DNA of 64,000 nucleotides from Planctomycetota bacterium (GCA_038212275.1 JBBQUR010000006.1:96001-160000), one strand, 5' to 3'; shown: positions 47,306 to 57,737, counted from the first letter of the stretch. Notes: generated by a model from the letters alone, not told the origin. Program-made: numbers and translations.

Positions 47306-49579
47306 ATGACCTCTCCGGCCGGCCGGACGCCCGGTGACGAGCCGTCGCGCGAAGAGTTCCGCGTGCAGGGCATGGACTGCGCGGAGGAAGTGAGCAAGCT
47401 GCGCCGCGCCTTCGCCGCGGTGCCCGGCTTCGCGGATCTCGACGTGGACCTGCTCGCGGGCCGTCTCTCGGTGCACTTCGACCCCGCGCGTGCGAACCGG
47501 GCTGCGCTGCTGGCGGCCATCGAGAAGGCCGGCATGCGCGGAGAGCCGTGGACGGAGGAGCCGCTGGCGCGGCGCTCGACGCGCGACGCGCTGGCACTCG
47601 TCGGCGCGCTGGCCATCGTGGCCGGCATGGTTGTTCACTGGGCCGACGGCGGGGCCCTGCTGCCGGCGCTGCAGGGCGTGGACGCACCGCGCGCGGCACT
47701 CGTGCTCTACGCGCTGGCCGTCCTGGCCACCGCCGGTCCGCTGCTGCCGCGGGCCTGGGCCGCGGTGCGCTCGCTCTCCCCGGACATGCACCTGCTCATG
47801 GTGGCCGCCATCACCGGCGCGATCGTGCTCGGCGACTGGCTCGAGGCTGCCACCGTCGCGGTGCTCTTCGCGCTCTCGCTGCAGCTCGAGGCGTGGAGCG
47901 TCGGACGCGCGCGCCGCGCCGTCGCCGGGCTGCTGTCGCTGTCGCCGGGCAGCGCGGAACTGCTGCATGACGGCCACGGCCACCGCGTGCCCATCTCCGC
48001 GGTCACCGTCGGCGCGCGCGTGCTCGTGCGCCCCGGCGAACGCGTGCCGCTCGACGGCACCATCGTCGACGGCCGCAGCGATCTCGACGAGTCGCCGCTG
48101 ACGGGCGAGAGCCGCACGGTGGCCAAGGGGCCGGGCGACTCCGTCTTCGCCGGTTCGATGAACGGCGCGGGCGCGCTGCAACTGCAGATCACGCGCGCCA
48201 GTGTCGACAGCACGGTGGCGCGCATCGCGCGGCTCGTCAGCGAGGCGCACCGCCAGCGCGGCGCGAGCGAGCGCTTCGTGGAGCGTTTCGCCCGGCTCTA
48301 CACGCCGATCGTCATGGCGCTCGCGGCGCTCGCCTTCATCGCGCCGCCGCTGCTGTTTGCGCGGAGCTGGAGCGAGTCGGGCTACGCGGCGCTCGTGCTG
48401 CTCGTCATCGCCTGCCCCTGCGCCCTCGTGATCTCGACGCCGGTGTCCGTGGTCTGCGCGCTGGCCAGTGCGGCGCGCGCCGGCGTGCTGATCAAGGGCG
48501 GCCGCTTCATCGAGGAGCCCGCGCGCCTGCGCTGCCTGGCCTTCGACAAGACCGGAACGCTCACGACGGGGCGTCCGACGATCGTGGAGATCGAGCCCTT
48601 CGAGGGGCACGACGTGCGCGAGCTGCTCGCGATCGCCAGCGCCATCGAGTCCGCGAGCACGCATCCGCTGGCTGGCGCGATCGTCGCGCACGCGCGCGCG
48701 CTGGGCGTCTCGCCAGCGGTCGCGCAGGAAGTGCGCGAGCTGCCCGGACGCGGCGCCGAGGGCCGCATCGAGGGCGCGCTCGCCTGGATCGGCAGCCACG
48801 CCGTGCTGGAGGAGCGCGGTCAGGAAACGCCCGAGCAGCACCGCCGACTGGTGCAGCTGGAGGCGCAGGGCCGGTCGGTCGTGATCCTCGGCACGGACGA
48901 GCACGTGTGCGGACTCTTCGTGCTCGCCGACGAGCCGCGACCGCACGCAGCTGCCGCGCTGGCGCAGCTGAGAACGCTGGGACTCTCGCGACTCGTGCTG
49001 CTCACCGGCGACAACGCCGGTTCGGCGCATGCGCTGGCGGCGCGCCTCGGCATGTCCGGCTCGCAGGACGGGTCCGGCCTGCATGGTCCGCTCGAGGTGC
49101 GCGCGGGCCTGCTGCCCGAGCGCAAGCTGGCGGTCATCGCGGAGCTGTCGAGCCGCTCGGGGCCGGTGGGCATGGTGGGCGACGGCATCAACGACGCGCC
49201 GGCGCTTGCCGCCGCGGCGGTCGGCATCGCGCTGGGCGGGGCGGCGAGCGACGTGGCCATCGAGACCGCCGACATCGTCATCATGTCGGGCGACCTGCGC
49301 CGGCTGCCGTGGCTCGTGTCGCACAGCCGGCGCACGCTGGCGATCATCCGCCAGAACATCGCCGTGGCGATCGGCGTGAAAGTGGTGGTCATCGTCGCGG
49401 CGCTGGCGGGGCACGCCACGCTCTGGGCGGCGATCGCCGCCGACATGGGCGTCTCGATGGCTGTCGTGGCCAACGCGTTGCGCCTGCTGCGCGCGGCGCC
49501 GCTGGGTGAGCCCGCCGGAACGTCGGAGGCCCGAGACGCGCCGGTCAGCGCGACGGGGCCGACACCCGGCGCAGCGTGA
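47306..49579 (+). CDS. Heavy-metal-translocating P1B-type ATPase (Zn/Cd/Pb, ZntA/CadA-like)
   Basis: N-terminal GMDCAEE metal-binding-domain variant, TGES, CPC, DKTGTLT, HP, GDGINDAPAL. Confidence 0.92.
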   Translation: MTSPAGRTPGDEPSREEFRVQGMDCAEEVSKLRRAFAAVPGFADLDVDLLAGRLSVHFDPARANRAALLAAIEKAGMRGEPWTEEPLARRSTRDALALVGALAIVAGMVVHWADGGALLPALQGVDAPRAALVLYALAVLATAGPLLPRAWAAVRSLSPDMHLLMVAAITGAIVLGDWLEAATVAVLFALSLQLEAWSVGRARRAVAGLLSLSPGSAELLHDGHGHRVPISAVTVGARVLVRPGERVPLDGTIVDGRSDLDESPLTGESRTVAKGPGDSVFAGSMNGAGALQLQITRASVDSTVARIARLVSEAHRQRGASERFVERFARLYTPIVMALAALAFIAPPLLFARSWSESGYAALVLLVIACPCALVISTPVSVVCALASAARAGVLIKGGRFIEEPARLRCLAFDKTGTLTTGRPTIVEIEPFEGHDVRELLAIASAIESASTHPLAGAIVAHARALGVSPAVAQEVRELPGRGAEGRIEGALAWIGSHAVLEERGQETPEQHRRLVQLEAQGRSVVILGTDEHVCGLFVLADEPRPHAAAALAQLRTLGLSRLVLLTGDNAGSAHALAARLGMSGSQDGSGLHGPLEVRAGLLPERKLAVIAELSSRSGPVGMVGDGINDAPALAAAAVGIALGGAASDVAIETADIVIMSGDLRRLPWLVSHSRRTLAIIRQNIAVAIGVKVVVIVAALAGHATLWAAIAADMGVSMAVVANALRLLRAAPLGEPAGTSEARDAPVSATGPTPGAA

Positions 49580-51275
49580 GCTCCTCGCTCTCCTGCACAT
49601 CCAGCTCTCCGTCGGCCGCGGCCAGCGCCTCGTCGAGGGTCGGCAGCTCGATCACGCGCACGGTCATCGGCACGTCGGGCGGGAGCTTGTTCCAGAGAAA
49701 GTCCGGGATCGTGTAGCGGTCGCGCATCGACAGGCCGTACTCCTCCCACGTGTGCAGCGACGTGGTGAGGCCGGGGATGGAGAAGTGCACCGTGAAGCGC
49801 GTGTCCGGATCGTCGGGCAGCTTCCACCTCAGCTCCGGCGGCGCCACGTGCCGGCTGCCGTCCTTCGGCGCCGCCAGCCGCATCACGGAGAGGCGCCGCT
49901 CCTCGGGCACGCGCGCGATCGGATCGAAGGCCATGAAGTGCGCGTCGCGCGCCCGCGACGGGGGCCAGTAGGCCGGGCCCAGGTCGTGGACCTGCGCGTG
50001 GAAGCAGAGCAGGGCGAGGCCTGCACCAACGCACAGCGCGGGCAGGCGCGGCATCCAGCACCAGCAGGCGGCGACGAGGCAGGCCAGCGCGGGCAGCGTG
50101 GGGTGCAGGTAGCGGCCGTGCAGCTGGTTGAAGTCGAGGAAATACTTCGTGGCGGCGACGAGGTTGACGGCGACGGCGGCGCCGAAGAGCAGCATGACGC
50201 GGCCGTCCACGCCGGCGCGCGCCATGCGCCGTCGCACCGGCGTGAGCGCAGCCAGCAGGGGCGCGAGCCCCGCCAGTGCCGCGAAGGCCAGCAGCGAGTA
50301 GGGCGCGGCGCGGAAGTTGCCCGAGAGCTGGCCGATGTAGCTGCGTGCGATGGCGGGCAGGAAGCGCAGCAGCGCATCGACGGTGCCGATCGTGCGCGTG
50401 CCGCCGAACTTCGCGGCGATGACGCTCCAGCCGAAGGGGTCGCCGTAGTGCGCGACGTTCCACGCGAAGTACAGCCCGGTGGTCACCGCGAAGCCCGCGA
50501 CGAAGCCGTCGAACGTGCGCAGGCTCACGCGCCACGGCTCGCCGCGCGGGCGGCGCAGCAGCAGCGCCAGCGGCAGCAGCGGCAGCAGGAAGGTCGCGGA
50601 GAGTTTGGCCAGGTGCGCGAGGCCCACGAGCGTGCCGACCGCGAAGCCGGAGCCTCTCGTCGGTGCAGGGTCGCGGGCCAGCCGGACCTCGGCCAGCAGC
50701 GCGAAGGTGGCCAGCGCGATGGCGAGCGGATCGTTGGAGAGGCCGCCGCACAGCGACACGAAGGCCGGGTTGAAGGCGACGAGGGCGGCGGCGCCGAGCG
50801 CGACGCCCGCGGAGCCCGGAACCGCGCGGCGCCCCAGCGCATACGCGCCGCACACCACCGCCACGCCGCACAGCACGTCGAGCATGCGCAGCAGGTGGAA
50901 GCGTCGCGCGGGGCCGGCAAAGGGAAAGATCTCGTCGACGCCGTGCAGGAAGCGGGCGGGTCCGGGGGCGCCGGCGAGGTCGGCGCGCCGCGCGAGAAAG
51001 ACCGTGTCCGCGATGCCGAGCGCGTGGGCGCCGGCCGTGAACATCCAGTAGGCCAGCGGTGGTTGCACGCCCTCGTTGAGCGCCAGGACCGGCATGTCCG
51101 TCAGGTCGGGCATCGTGCCGCGCGTGGCCCAGTGCTCGATGACCTGCCAGTGCTCGTATTCGTCGGCCGGTTCCCACAGCGGCAGCAGCAGCGAGGCATT
51201 GACCGCCAGCGCGACGAAGGCCGCGACGATCGCCCCCAGCAGGAGGCGCGCGGCGGCGGGCGAGAGGGGCCTCAT
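49545..51275 (-). CDS. GT-C-type (ArnT-like) membrane glycosyltransferase
   Basis: WEPADEYEH loop, QPPLAY, SNDPL, LAKLS, HGRYLHP; many TM helices and a small C-terminal extracytoplasmic domain. Confidence 0.72.
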   Translation of the reverse strand: MRPLSPAAARLLLGAIVAAFVALAVNASLLLPLWEPADEYEHWQVIEHWATRGTMPDLTDMPVLALNEGVQPPLAYWMFTAGAHALGIADTVFLARRADLAGAPGPARFLHGVDEIFPFAGPARRFHLLRMLDVLCGVAVVCGAYALGRRAVPGSAGVALGAAALVAFNPAFVSLCGGLSNDPLAIALATFALLAEVRLARDPAPTRGSGFAVGTLVGLAHLAKLSATFLLPLLPLALLLRRPRGEPWRVSLRTFDGFVAGFAVTTGLYFAWNVAHYGDPFGWSVIAAKFGGTRTIGTVDALLRFLPAIARSYIGQLSGNFRAAPYSLLAFAALAGLAPLLAALTPVRRRMARAGVDGRVMLLFGAAVAVNLVAATKYFLDFNQLHGRYLHPTLPALACLVAACWCWMPRLPALCVGAGLALLCFHAQVHDLGPAYWPPSRARDAHFMAFDPIARVPEERRLSVMRLAAPKDGSRHVAPPELRWKLPDDPDTRFTVHFSIPGLTTSLHTWEEYGLSMRDRYTIPDFLWNKLPPDVPMTVRVIELPTLDEALAAADGELDVQESEELTLRRVSAPSR

Positions 51276-51391
51276 GCAGCAGACTCTCGCAAACGGCCGG
51301 CGCTCCCGGTAGGAAGGAGCGCTCGTCGGGTGGCCGGGATGCGGCGCCCGGGCGCCGACGCCGCGCGATCAGGCATCCCCGGGAGTGCGAC

Positions 51392-52042
51392 ATGGCTGCT
51401 GCGCTGCGCGAGATCGGCTGGGCCCGCGCACTGCGCTACGGATGGCTCGAACTGGCCATGCTGCTGCACGCCGCGTTGCTGCTGCCTCCGCTGCGCGCCG
51501 GCTGGTTGCGCCTGCTCGGCGCGCGCATCGCCGGCGGCGCGCTGCTCATGGACGTGCGCTTCTCCAACCTGGACCGCACCGGCCTGGCCGGGCTTTCCAT
51601 CGGCAGGCGCTGCTACCTCGGCCGCGGCGTGCGCCTCGATCTCGCGGACCGCATCGAGCTGCTCGACGACACCACGCTGGCCGACGGCTGCGTCGTGCTC
51701 ACGCACCTCAACGTCGGCTACCGCGAGCACCCGCTGCAGGCCGCCTTTCCCTCGATGCACGCACCGGCTCGCCTCGGGCCCGGAGCCTTCGTCGGCGCCG
51801 GCGCGCTCATCCTGCCGGGCTGCTCGGTCGGCGCGCGCGCCTTCGTGGCGGCCGGCAGCGTGGTGACCGCCAGCGTGCCCGACGGCGCCATCGTCGCCGG
51901 CAACCCGGCGCGCGTCATCGGCGACGTTGCGGCGCGCGCGGCCGCGCAGGCCGGGCAGGCCGGGAGCGTCGCGTCCGCAGCGCCGCGGACAGCGCCGGCA
52001 GCGCCCTCAGCGCCCTCAGCGCCTGGGCGCGTGGACGGCTGA
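51392..52042 (+). CDS. Hexapeptide-repeat (left-handed beta-helix) acyltransferase
   Basis: IGRRCYLG, LGPGAFVGAGALILPGCSVG, VAGNPARVI. Confidence 0.85.
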   Translation: MAAALREIGWARALRYGWLELAMLLHAALLLPPLRAGWLRLLGARIAGGALLMDVRFSNLDRTGLAGLSIGRRCYLGRGVRLDLADRIELLDDTTLADGCVVLTHLNVGYREHPLQAAFPSMHAPARLGPGAFVGAGALILPGCSVGARAFVAAGSVVTASVPDGAIVAGNPARVIGDVAARAAAQAGQAGSVASAAPRTAPAAPSAPSAPGRVDG

Positions 52043-52046
52043 GAGC

Positions 52047-52781
52047 TCAGCGCTCGCGGAAGAGCCGCGCGCGGAAGCGGCACAGCTGCAGGAAGTAGAC
52101 CGCGCTGTCCCGCAGCGGACGCACCGTCGACGCCTTGTCGAAGCGGCGCACGAAAGTCACCGGCACCTCCACGATCGCGAGGCCCGCGCGCTCGGCGCGC
52201 ACCGAGAGCTCGGTGTCGAAGAACCAGCCCTGGTCGTGCACGCCATCCAGCACCGGCAGGATGGCGGCGCGGCGGAACCACTTGCAGCCCGATTCCGTGT
52301 CGCGCAGCGCCGTGCCCAGCACGGTGCGCATGAGTCGCGAGTAGCCGCGCGACAGCAGGTGCCGCAGCAGGGAATGCGCTTCCAGCGTGTAGGAGCGCCG
52401 CCCGATGACCATGTCCGCGCCGGCCTCCAGCGCGTCGAGGCAGGGGCCGATGGCCTCCTCCGAGATTTCGAGGTCGATGTCGAGAAAGCCGGCGAGGCGG
52501 CCCCGCGCGAGGCGCAGACCGTCCGCGACCACGCCGCCGCGGCCGGTGTTCGCAGCGTGGTGCGCCGTGCGCAGCGGAAGCTCCGGATGGGCGGCCACGA
52601 AGGCGTCGATGAGAGCGCGCGTGTCGTCGGGGCTGGCATCGTCGATGAGCAGCAGCTCCCACGACAGCCCGCGGCGCGCCAACCAGCTCGTCAGGCGACG
52701 CAGGCTCTCCGGCAGCGTCGGGCCTTCGCGGTAGCACGGCACGATCACCGTGAGTTCGGGACTCTCAAGCGCCATGCTCAT
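52047..52781 (-). CDS. GT2 glycosyltransferase (polyprenyl/dolichyl-phosphate sugar synthase-like)
   Basis: VIVPCYRE, IDDASPDDT, NTGRG, FLDIDL (DxD), DTESGCK, WFFDTEL. Confidence 0.88.
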   Translation of the reverse strand: MSMALESPELTVIVPCYREGPTLPESLRRLTSWLARRGLSWELLLIDDASPDDTRALIDAFVAAHPELPLRTAHHAANTGRGGVVADGLRLARGRLAGFLDIDLEISEEAIGPCLDALEAGADMVIGRRSYTLEAHSLLRHLLSRGYSRLMRTVLGTALRDTESGCKWFRRAAILPVLDGVHDQGWFFDTELSVRAERAGLAIVEVPVTFVRRFDKASTVRPLRDSAVYFLQLCRFRARLFRER

Positions 52782-52807
52782 CGCCGCCGCAGTCTAGCGG
52801 TGCCGCG

Positions 52808-52861
52808 GGTCGCTTTCAGGCCGCCGGTCGCTGTCAAGCTGCAGGTCGCTGTCAGGCTGCA
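52808..52861. repeat. 18-bp tandem repeat x3 in a divergent intergenic region
   Basis: GGTCGCTTTCAGGCCGCC / GGTCGCTGTCAAGCTGCA / GGTCGCTGTCAGGCTGCA. Confidence 0.7.
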
Positions 52862-52956
52862 GGTGTGCGCGCTCCGGGACGCGGATAGGCTCAGTCGCGC
52901 GGCGTTCGGCGCGACGGCCGGACGCGCGCGCCGCAGCTCCCGCTTTCGAGTCCTGC

Positions 52957-53901
52957 ATGCCCGCCGACTTCTCCGTGATCTGCCCCGCCTGCGGTGGTGA
53001 GGTGCCGCTGGGCGCGGCGTCGACCGGACCGGCATGCAGGCGCTGCGGTCGGGCGCTCGAGCAGCGCGACGGCATCACGCTGCTGGATGCGGCGGCGGGC
53101 GCCGGCGACTATCCCGCCGCGGTCTACGACGTCATCGCGCCCGTCGAGGGCGTGCACTGGTGGCACGCCTCGCGCAACGAAGTCATCCGGCGCGCCTTGC
53201 TGCCCGCGGCGCGCAAGCGCGGCTTGACCACGGTCGCGGAGGTGGGCTGCGGCACGGGCTTCGTGCTTGCCGCGCTGGAGGCCGCAGGCTTCGACGTGTG
53301 CGGCTTCGACATGCAGATCGAGGGCCTGCGACACGCGCGCGGCCGCACCGGCGCGCCCCTGGTGCGCAGCGGCACGCGAGCGCTCCCGCTCGCAAGGCCC
53401 GTGGACATCGTCGCGCTGTGCGATGTGCTCGAGCACGCCGACGAAGCGCCGTTGCTGGCCGACTGCCGCGCGGCTCTTGCGCCGCGCGGACTGCTGCTCG
53501 TGACGGTGCCCGCACGGCCCGGACTGTGGTCGCTGGAGGACGAACTCTCCGGCCACCGCCGACGCTACACGCGAGCCAGCCTGCGTGCGGCACTGCAGGC
53601 GGCGGGCCTGCGGCCGGTGCTGCTGCGGCCGTATCACGCGCTCGTCACGCTGCCGGCGCTCCTGCATCGCCGCGGCCGCGGAGCGCGGCGTCGCGCACGC
53701 CTGGCGACGCCGGTGTCGGGCGCGACGGGGCCGGATCCGGCGGCGTTCTTCGCGGAAGCGCTGCGGCCGCCGTCGCGCGCGATCTCGCTGGCGATGCGTC
53801 TGGCGCTGGGCGTCGAGAATCGCGTCGGCACGCTTTTCAGCCTGCCGTTCGGAAGTTCCCTGCTGGCTCTGGCGGAACGCGACGACGCCCCCGCGTCCTG
53901 A
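52957..53901 (+). CDS. Class I SAM-dependent methyltransferase with N-terminal Trm112-like zinc ribbon
   Basis: CPACG...CRRCG; EVGCGTG; DVLEH; VTVPA; GHRRRY. Confidence 0.85.
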   Translation: MPADFSVICPACGGEVPLGAASTGPACRRCGRALEQRDGITLLDAAAGAGDYPAAVYDVIAPVEGVHWWHASRNEVIRRALLPAARKRGLTTVAEVGCGTGFVLAALEAAGFDVCGFDMQIEGLRHARGRTGAPLVRSGTRALPLARPVDIVALCDVLEHADEAPLLADCRAALAPRGLLLVTVPARPGLWSLEDELSGHRRRYTRASLRAALQAAGLRPVLLRPYHALVTLPALLHRRGRGARRRARLATPVSGATGPDPAAFFAEALRPPSRAISLAMRLALGVENRVGTLFSLPFGSSLLALAERDDAPAS

Positions 53902-53941
53902 GACGCGGAGGCGTCGCGAACGACCTCGCGCTGATGTCAGC

Positions 53942-55339
53942 TCAGGGAGTCAGGCTCTTCAGTCCGTTCGACATGGCAAAGCCCTTCGGCGCGCCCGGGT
54001 CGAGGATGAGGCACTGCCAGTAGAGTTCGACTCCAGCCGGCAGTCCCGCCGGCCAGACGAACTGGAGACCGATGGAGCCGCTCGGGGCGATCCCCGAGAT
54101 CGTCAGCAGCAGGTCCGGGAACGGAACGAGGACGCCCTGCTTGAAGGGCGCGAAAAGGCTGGTGAGACCGATGACGAACGCGGCGGCCGCACTGGGCTTG
54201 CCGTTCGTCAGCACCACGCTGGTGTCGCTGCCGGCGGTGAGCGGGCCCGAGCCAAGCAGAACCGGCACGCCGGTGGTCCCCTCCAGACCGTTGCCGAGGT
54301 TCGTCCACTGCGGCGCGGGCGCGGGCAGTTCGACGATGAAGCCCCTGGACGCGAACGGACTCGAGCCCTCGCCGGCGCCTACGACGATGCGGCCGTCGTC
54401 GCTGACGGCGGTGCAGACCTGGAGCGGCGGAGCGCCGTTCAGGCCGAGCGCGGTCAGTCGGGTGTTGAGCGAGATCATGCCGTCGATGGAGGTCCAGACC
54501 CACGCCTGGCGGCTGAGCGACACGTAGTCGAAGCCGACGATGGTGTTGGCGTCCTCGCTGATGCCGGAAGCCGCGGCGGCCCAGCCGGAGGGATGCAGCT
54601 TGCCGAGGTTCGTGGCGAAGCCGGTCTGCTGGTTGCGGACGAAGGCGCTGTAGTAGCCGCCCGAGAAGTACAGCGTGCCGACGGAGAGGCCGCCGTTCGA
54701 AGTGAAGCTGTACACCTCGCCTTGCAGGTTGGCGTCGACGACGGCGCCGGACGTGTTGGGGGACCAGAAGGCGGGCGTTCGGCTGAACGTTCCCTGGGCA
54801 AAGCCGCCGAGCGTCGAGCCGTCGCTGGAGATCGTGCTGCAGCGATTGTGTCCGTTGGCGAGACCCTCCAGCTCCTGCATGCCGGTGGCCGCCGTCCAGC
54901 GGAAGCCGCGTCCGTCGCAACCACCGAACCAGGACAGGCCGACGATGGTGCTGCCGTCGCCGGAAATGTCGTAGGCATTGCTGCGGCTCGGGCAGCTTGC
55001 CGCGCTGGGCAGCCAGCCAAGGCTCAGCCAGCCGCCGGCCTGGGTCCAGATGGCGGCGACGTCTGCTCCGATCACCGAGTCGTAGATGTCGCCGCAGGCC
55101 ACGGTGCCGTCATCCGAGATGGCCTTCATGCGGCCGCCCGCGATGAGCGTCGGCGCCGGATCCTGCTTCCAGTGCCAGATGAAACTGCCGCTGCCCGAGG
55201 TGCCGCACACGATCGAACCATCGGGCGTGAGGTCGGCGATGAAGGTCTGGTTGTCCATGAGGACGAGTTGCTGGGAGAAGGCGGGCGTCGCGAGCGCGAG
55301 CGCAGCCAGGAGCGGCAGGTTCAGGATTCTTGCGAGCAT
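53942..55339 (-). CDS. Secreted HAF-like repeat (beta-propeller) protein with C-terminal ~120-aa domain, paralog A
   Basis: Signal peptide ...ATPAFSQ; repeated (A)xxISxDGxxxVG and F/WxWT..G M..L units. Confidence 0.8.
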   Translation of the reverse strand: MLARILNLPLLAALALATPAFSQQLVLMDNQTFIADLTPDGSIVCGTSGSGSFIWHWKQDPAPTLIAGGRMKAISDDGTVACGDIYDSVIGADVAAIWTQAGGWLSLGWLPSAASCPSRSNAYDISGDGSTIVGLSWFGGCDGRGFRWTAATGMQELEGLANGHNRCSTISSDGSTLGGFAQGTFSRTPAFWSPNTSGAVVDANLQGEVYSFTSNGGLSVGTLYFSGGYYSAFVRNQQTGFATNLGKLHPSGWAAAASGISEDANTIVGFDYVSLSRQAWVWTSIDGMISLNTRLTALGLNGAPPLQVCTAVSDDGRIVVGAGEGSSPFASRGFIVELPAPAPQWTNLGNGLEGTTGVPVLLGSGPLTAGSDTSVVLTNGKPSAAAAFVIGLTSLFAPFKQGVLVPFPDLLLTISGIAPSGSIGLQFVWPAGLPAGVELYWQCLILDPGAPKGFAMSNGLKSLTP

Positions 55340-55454
55340 GAAGTGTTCTCCTGCATGGGAATGATGAGGGCGTGAGGGAAGAATCGGGCCACGGGATCGC
55401 GAGCTGCGATGCGGCACGCGAGCTGTCGTGCGAGGTCGGGCAGCACGACTCGCC

Positions 55455-56852
55455 TCAGGGTGTCGTGCTCTTCAGTGCATTGGAGATGGAAAAGCCTTTT
55501 GGCCCGAGCGGGTCCACGACGACGCACTGCCAGAAGGTGGCGACGCCGCTCGGCACGCCGGCGGGCCACGCGAAGGGAAAACCGACCGAGCCGCTGGGGG
55601 CAAGCGCCGGAATCGTCACGATCAGGTCCGGGAAGGGGACGAGGATGCCCTGCTTGAAGGGCGCGTCGATCCGGCTCAGGCCGACGATCAAGGCGGCAGG
55701 GCTGCTGCGCTTGCCATGCGTGAGCACGACGTTGGTGGAGCTGCCGGCCGTGAGCGCGCCGGTGCCGACGAGCAGCGGCACGCCGTTGGTGCCGGCCAAT
55801 CCGTTGCCGAGGTCGGTCCACTGCGGTTGCGCGGACTTCAGCTCGACGATGTAGCCGAGGCTGTCGAAGGCGCCCGGTCCCTGGGCTCCGCCGATGACGA
55901 CGTTGCCGTCATCGCTGACGCCCCTGCAGATGAGCAGCGGCGGTGCGCCGGTCACGCCGAGTGCGGTGAGGCGGTTGTTCAGCGAGATCATGCCGTCGGC
56001 GGAGGTCCAGACCCAGGCCTCGCGGCCGAGCGAGATGTAGTCGTAGCCGACGACCGTCCGCCCGTCCTCGCTGATGTCCTGCGCGTTGCTGGCCCAGTTG
56101 GAGTGGAGGCTGCCGAGGTTCGTCATCACGCCGGTCTGCTTGCTGCGGAGGAAGGCGCGATAGAAGGACTGGCCGGCAAAGCCGAACTCGCCGACGGACA
56201 TGCTGCCGTCCTCGTTGAAGCCGCTGACCTCGCCGCGGGTCGCGGCATCGATGACCGCACCGGACGTGTTCGGCTCCCAGTAGGCCGGCGTGCGCTCGAA
56301 ATTGCCCTGCGCGAATCCGCCGAGCGTCGATCCGTCACCGGAGATCGCGCTGCAGCGATTGTTGCCGTTGGCCAGATTCTGCAGCTCCTGCATTCCCGTG
56401 GCAGCGGTCCAGCGCATGCCGCGCGCATTGCAGGACACCCAGGAGAGGCCGACCACCGTCGTTCCGTCGCCCGAGAGGTCGTAGGCCGTGCTGCGCGAAG
56501 GACAGCTCAGCGCGTTGGGGAGCCAGCCGCAGCTCTGCCAGCCCGTCGCTGCCGTCCACCGGGCGGCGACCTGAGCATCCACGATCGGGTCGATGATGTT
56601 GCCGGCCACCACGGTGCCGTCGTCGGAGACGGCCTCGATGGTGCCGCCGAGGATGACCGTCGGCGCGGGATCCACGCGCCAGCGCCAGATGAAACCGTCG
56701 GCGTAGTTCCACGTGCCGACGACGACCTCGCCGTCCGGCGTGATGTCCGTGGCCCAGCTTCCGAGCGGCAGCGTGACGAGCTTCTGCGCGACGACCTGTC
56801 CGGTGAGGGCAAGTGCGGCGACCAGGACCGAGGCGATGATTCGTGAAGTCAT
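55455..56852 (-). CDS. Secreted HAF-like repeat (beta-propeller) protein with C-terminal ~120-aa domain, paralog B
   Basis: Signal peptide ...GQVVAQ; same repeats; colinear with 53942..55339. Confidence 0.8.
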   Translation of the reverse strand: MTSRIIASVLVAALALTGQVVAQKLVTLPLGSWATDITPDGEVVVGTWNYADGFIWRWRVDPAPTVILGGTIEAVSDDGTVVAGNIIDPIVDAQVAARWTAATGWQSCGWLPNALSCPSRSTAYDLSGDGTTVVGLSWVSCNARGMRWTAATGMQELQNLANGNNRCSAISGDGSTLGGFAQGNFERTPAYWEPNTSGAVIDAATRGEVSGFNEDGSMSVGEFGFAGQSFYRAFLRSKQTGVMTNLGSLHSNWASNAQDISEDGRTVVGYDYISLGREAWVWTSADGMISLNNRLTALGVTGAPPLLICRGVSDDGNVVIGGAQGPGAFDSLGYIVELKSAQPQWTDLGNGLAGTNGVPLLVGTGALTAGSSTNVVLTHGKRSSPAALIVGLSRIDAPFKQGILVPFPDLIVTIPALAPSGSVGFPFAWPAGVPSGVATFWQCVVVDPLGPKGFSISNALKSTTP

Positions 56853-57038
56853 GAAGTGTCCAGGGGCAGTGTGTGCGGAAGGGCCTTTCCGGGAAGTCCC
56901 GGCTTCCGGGAGCGCGTGGAGTCACGCGCGCAAGCCCGACCGGAATCTCGGAAGGCTACTCGCGACGAGCACGGCAAGGGGCCCAATTGTTGCGGCGCCC
57001 GAAAGTTTTTGGAGCCTCGATGAGCGGGCGAATTGTCC

Positions 57039-57737
57039 CTACGTCGTGCGGCGATTCACGCTGACGCGCGCCCCGTGGGCGCGGAGCGCGATCGCGCCCG
57101 CGAATCCCTCGGCGGGCTCCCACGCCAGGAGCCTCCAGGTCGCGGGTGCTTCCGGCTCGCCGTCCATGCGTTCGATCCTCACGGGCACGTCGGGCGCGAG
57201 CGAGACGTCGAAGCTGTCCAGCGCGCGGGACAGGCCGTCGCCCAGGGATTTCAGCACGGCCTCCTTCCGCGTCCAGCACCGGTAGAAGCCGCAGAGCTGG
57301 TCGGACTCGGGCAGCGCCCGCAGCGCGGCGACCTCGCTGCGCGAAAAGAAGTGCTCGGCGACATCCTCGCGCAGGGGCTCGATGGCCTCGATGTCGAGGC
57401 CCAGTTCGGCGTCGTCCGAGATGGCCAGTGCGGCAAGTCCCCGTGCATGGCTCAGGTTGAAGTGCGGCACCGGGCCGGACGCCGCCAGCGTCGGCTTGCC
57501 GTGCGCGGAATAGGCGAATCGCAGCGAGCCGGGTGACGAAGCCACGCGCGCCGCGAGCAGTTCGCGGAGGCGCCCGCGAGCGACGACGTGGTGTTCGCGG
57601 TCTCGCGCGAAGTGGTAGCGATCGGCGCGCGCCCGCTCGTCCTCGGTCAGGAAGTGCTCGAGGCGCTGCCGCTCGTCGAGCCCGACATCGAGCGACCAGG
57701 TCCAGAGGTCGATGGTGATGGATCTGCTCATCGTCAC
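57039..57737 (-). CDS. Sfp/HetI-type 4'-phosphopantetheinyl transferase
   Basis: HGKP, FNLSHA, LGLDIE, FYRCWTRKEAVLKSLGDGL. Confidence 0.92.
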   Translation of the reverse strand: MTMSRSITIDLWTWSLDVGLDERQRLEHFLTEDERARADRYHFARDREHHVVARGRLRELLAARVASSPGSLRFAYSAHGKPTLAASGPVPHFNLSHARGLAALAISDDAELGLDIEAIEPLREDVAEHFFSRSEVAALRALPESDQLCGFYRCWTRKEAVLKSLGDGLSRALDSFDVSLAPDVPVRIERMDGEPEAPATWRLLAWEPAEGFAGAIALRAHGARVSVNRRTT

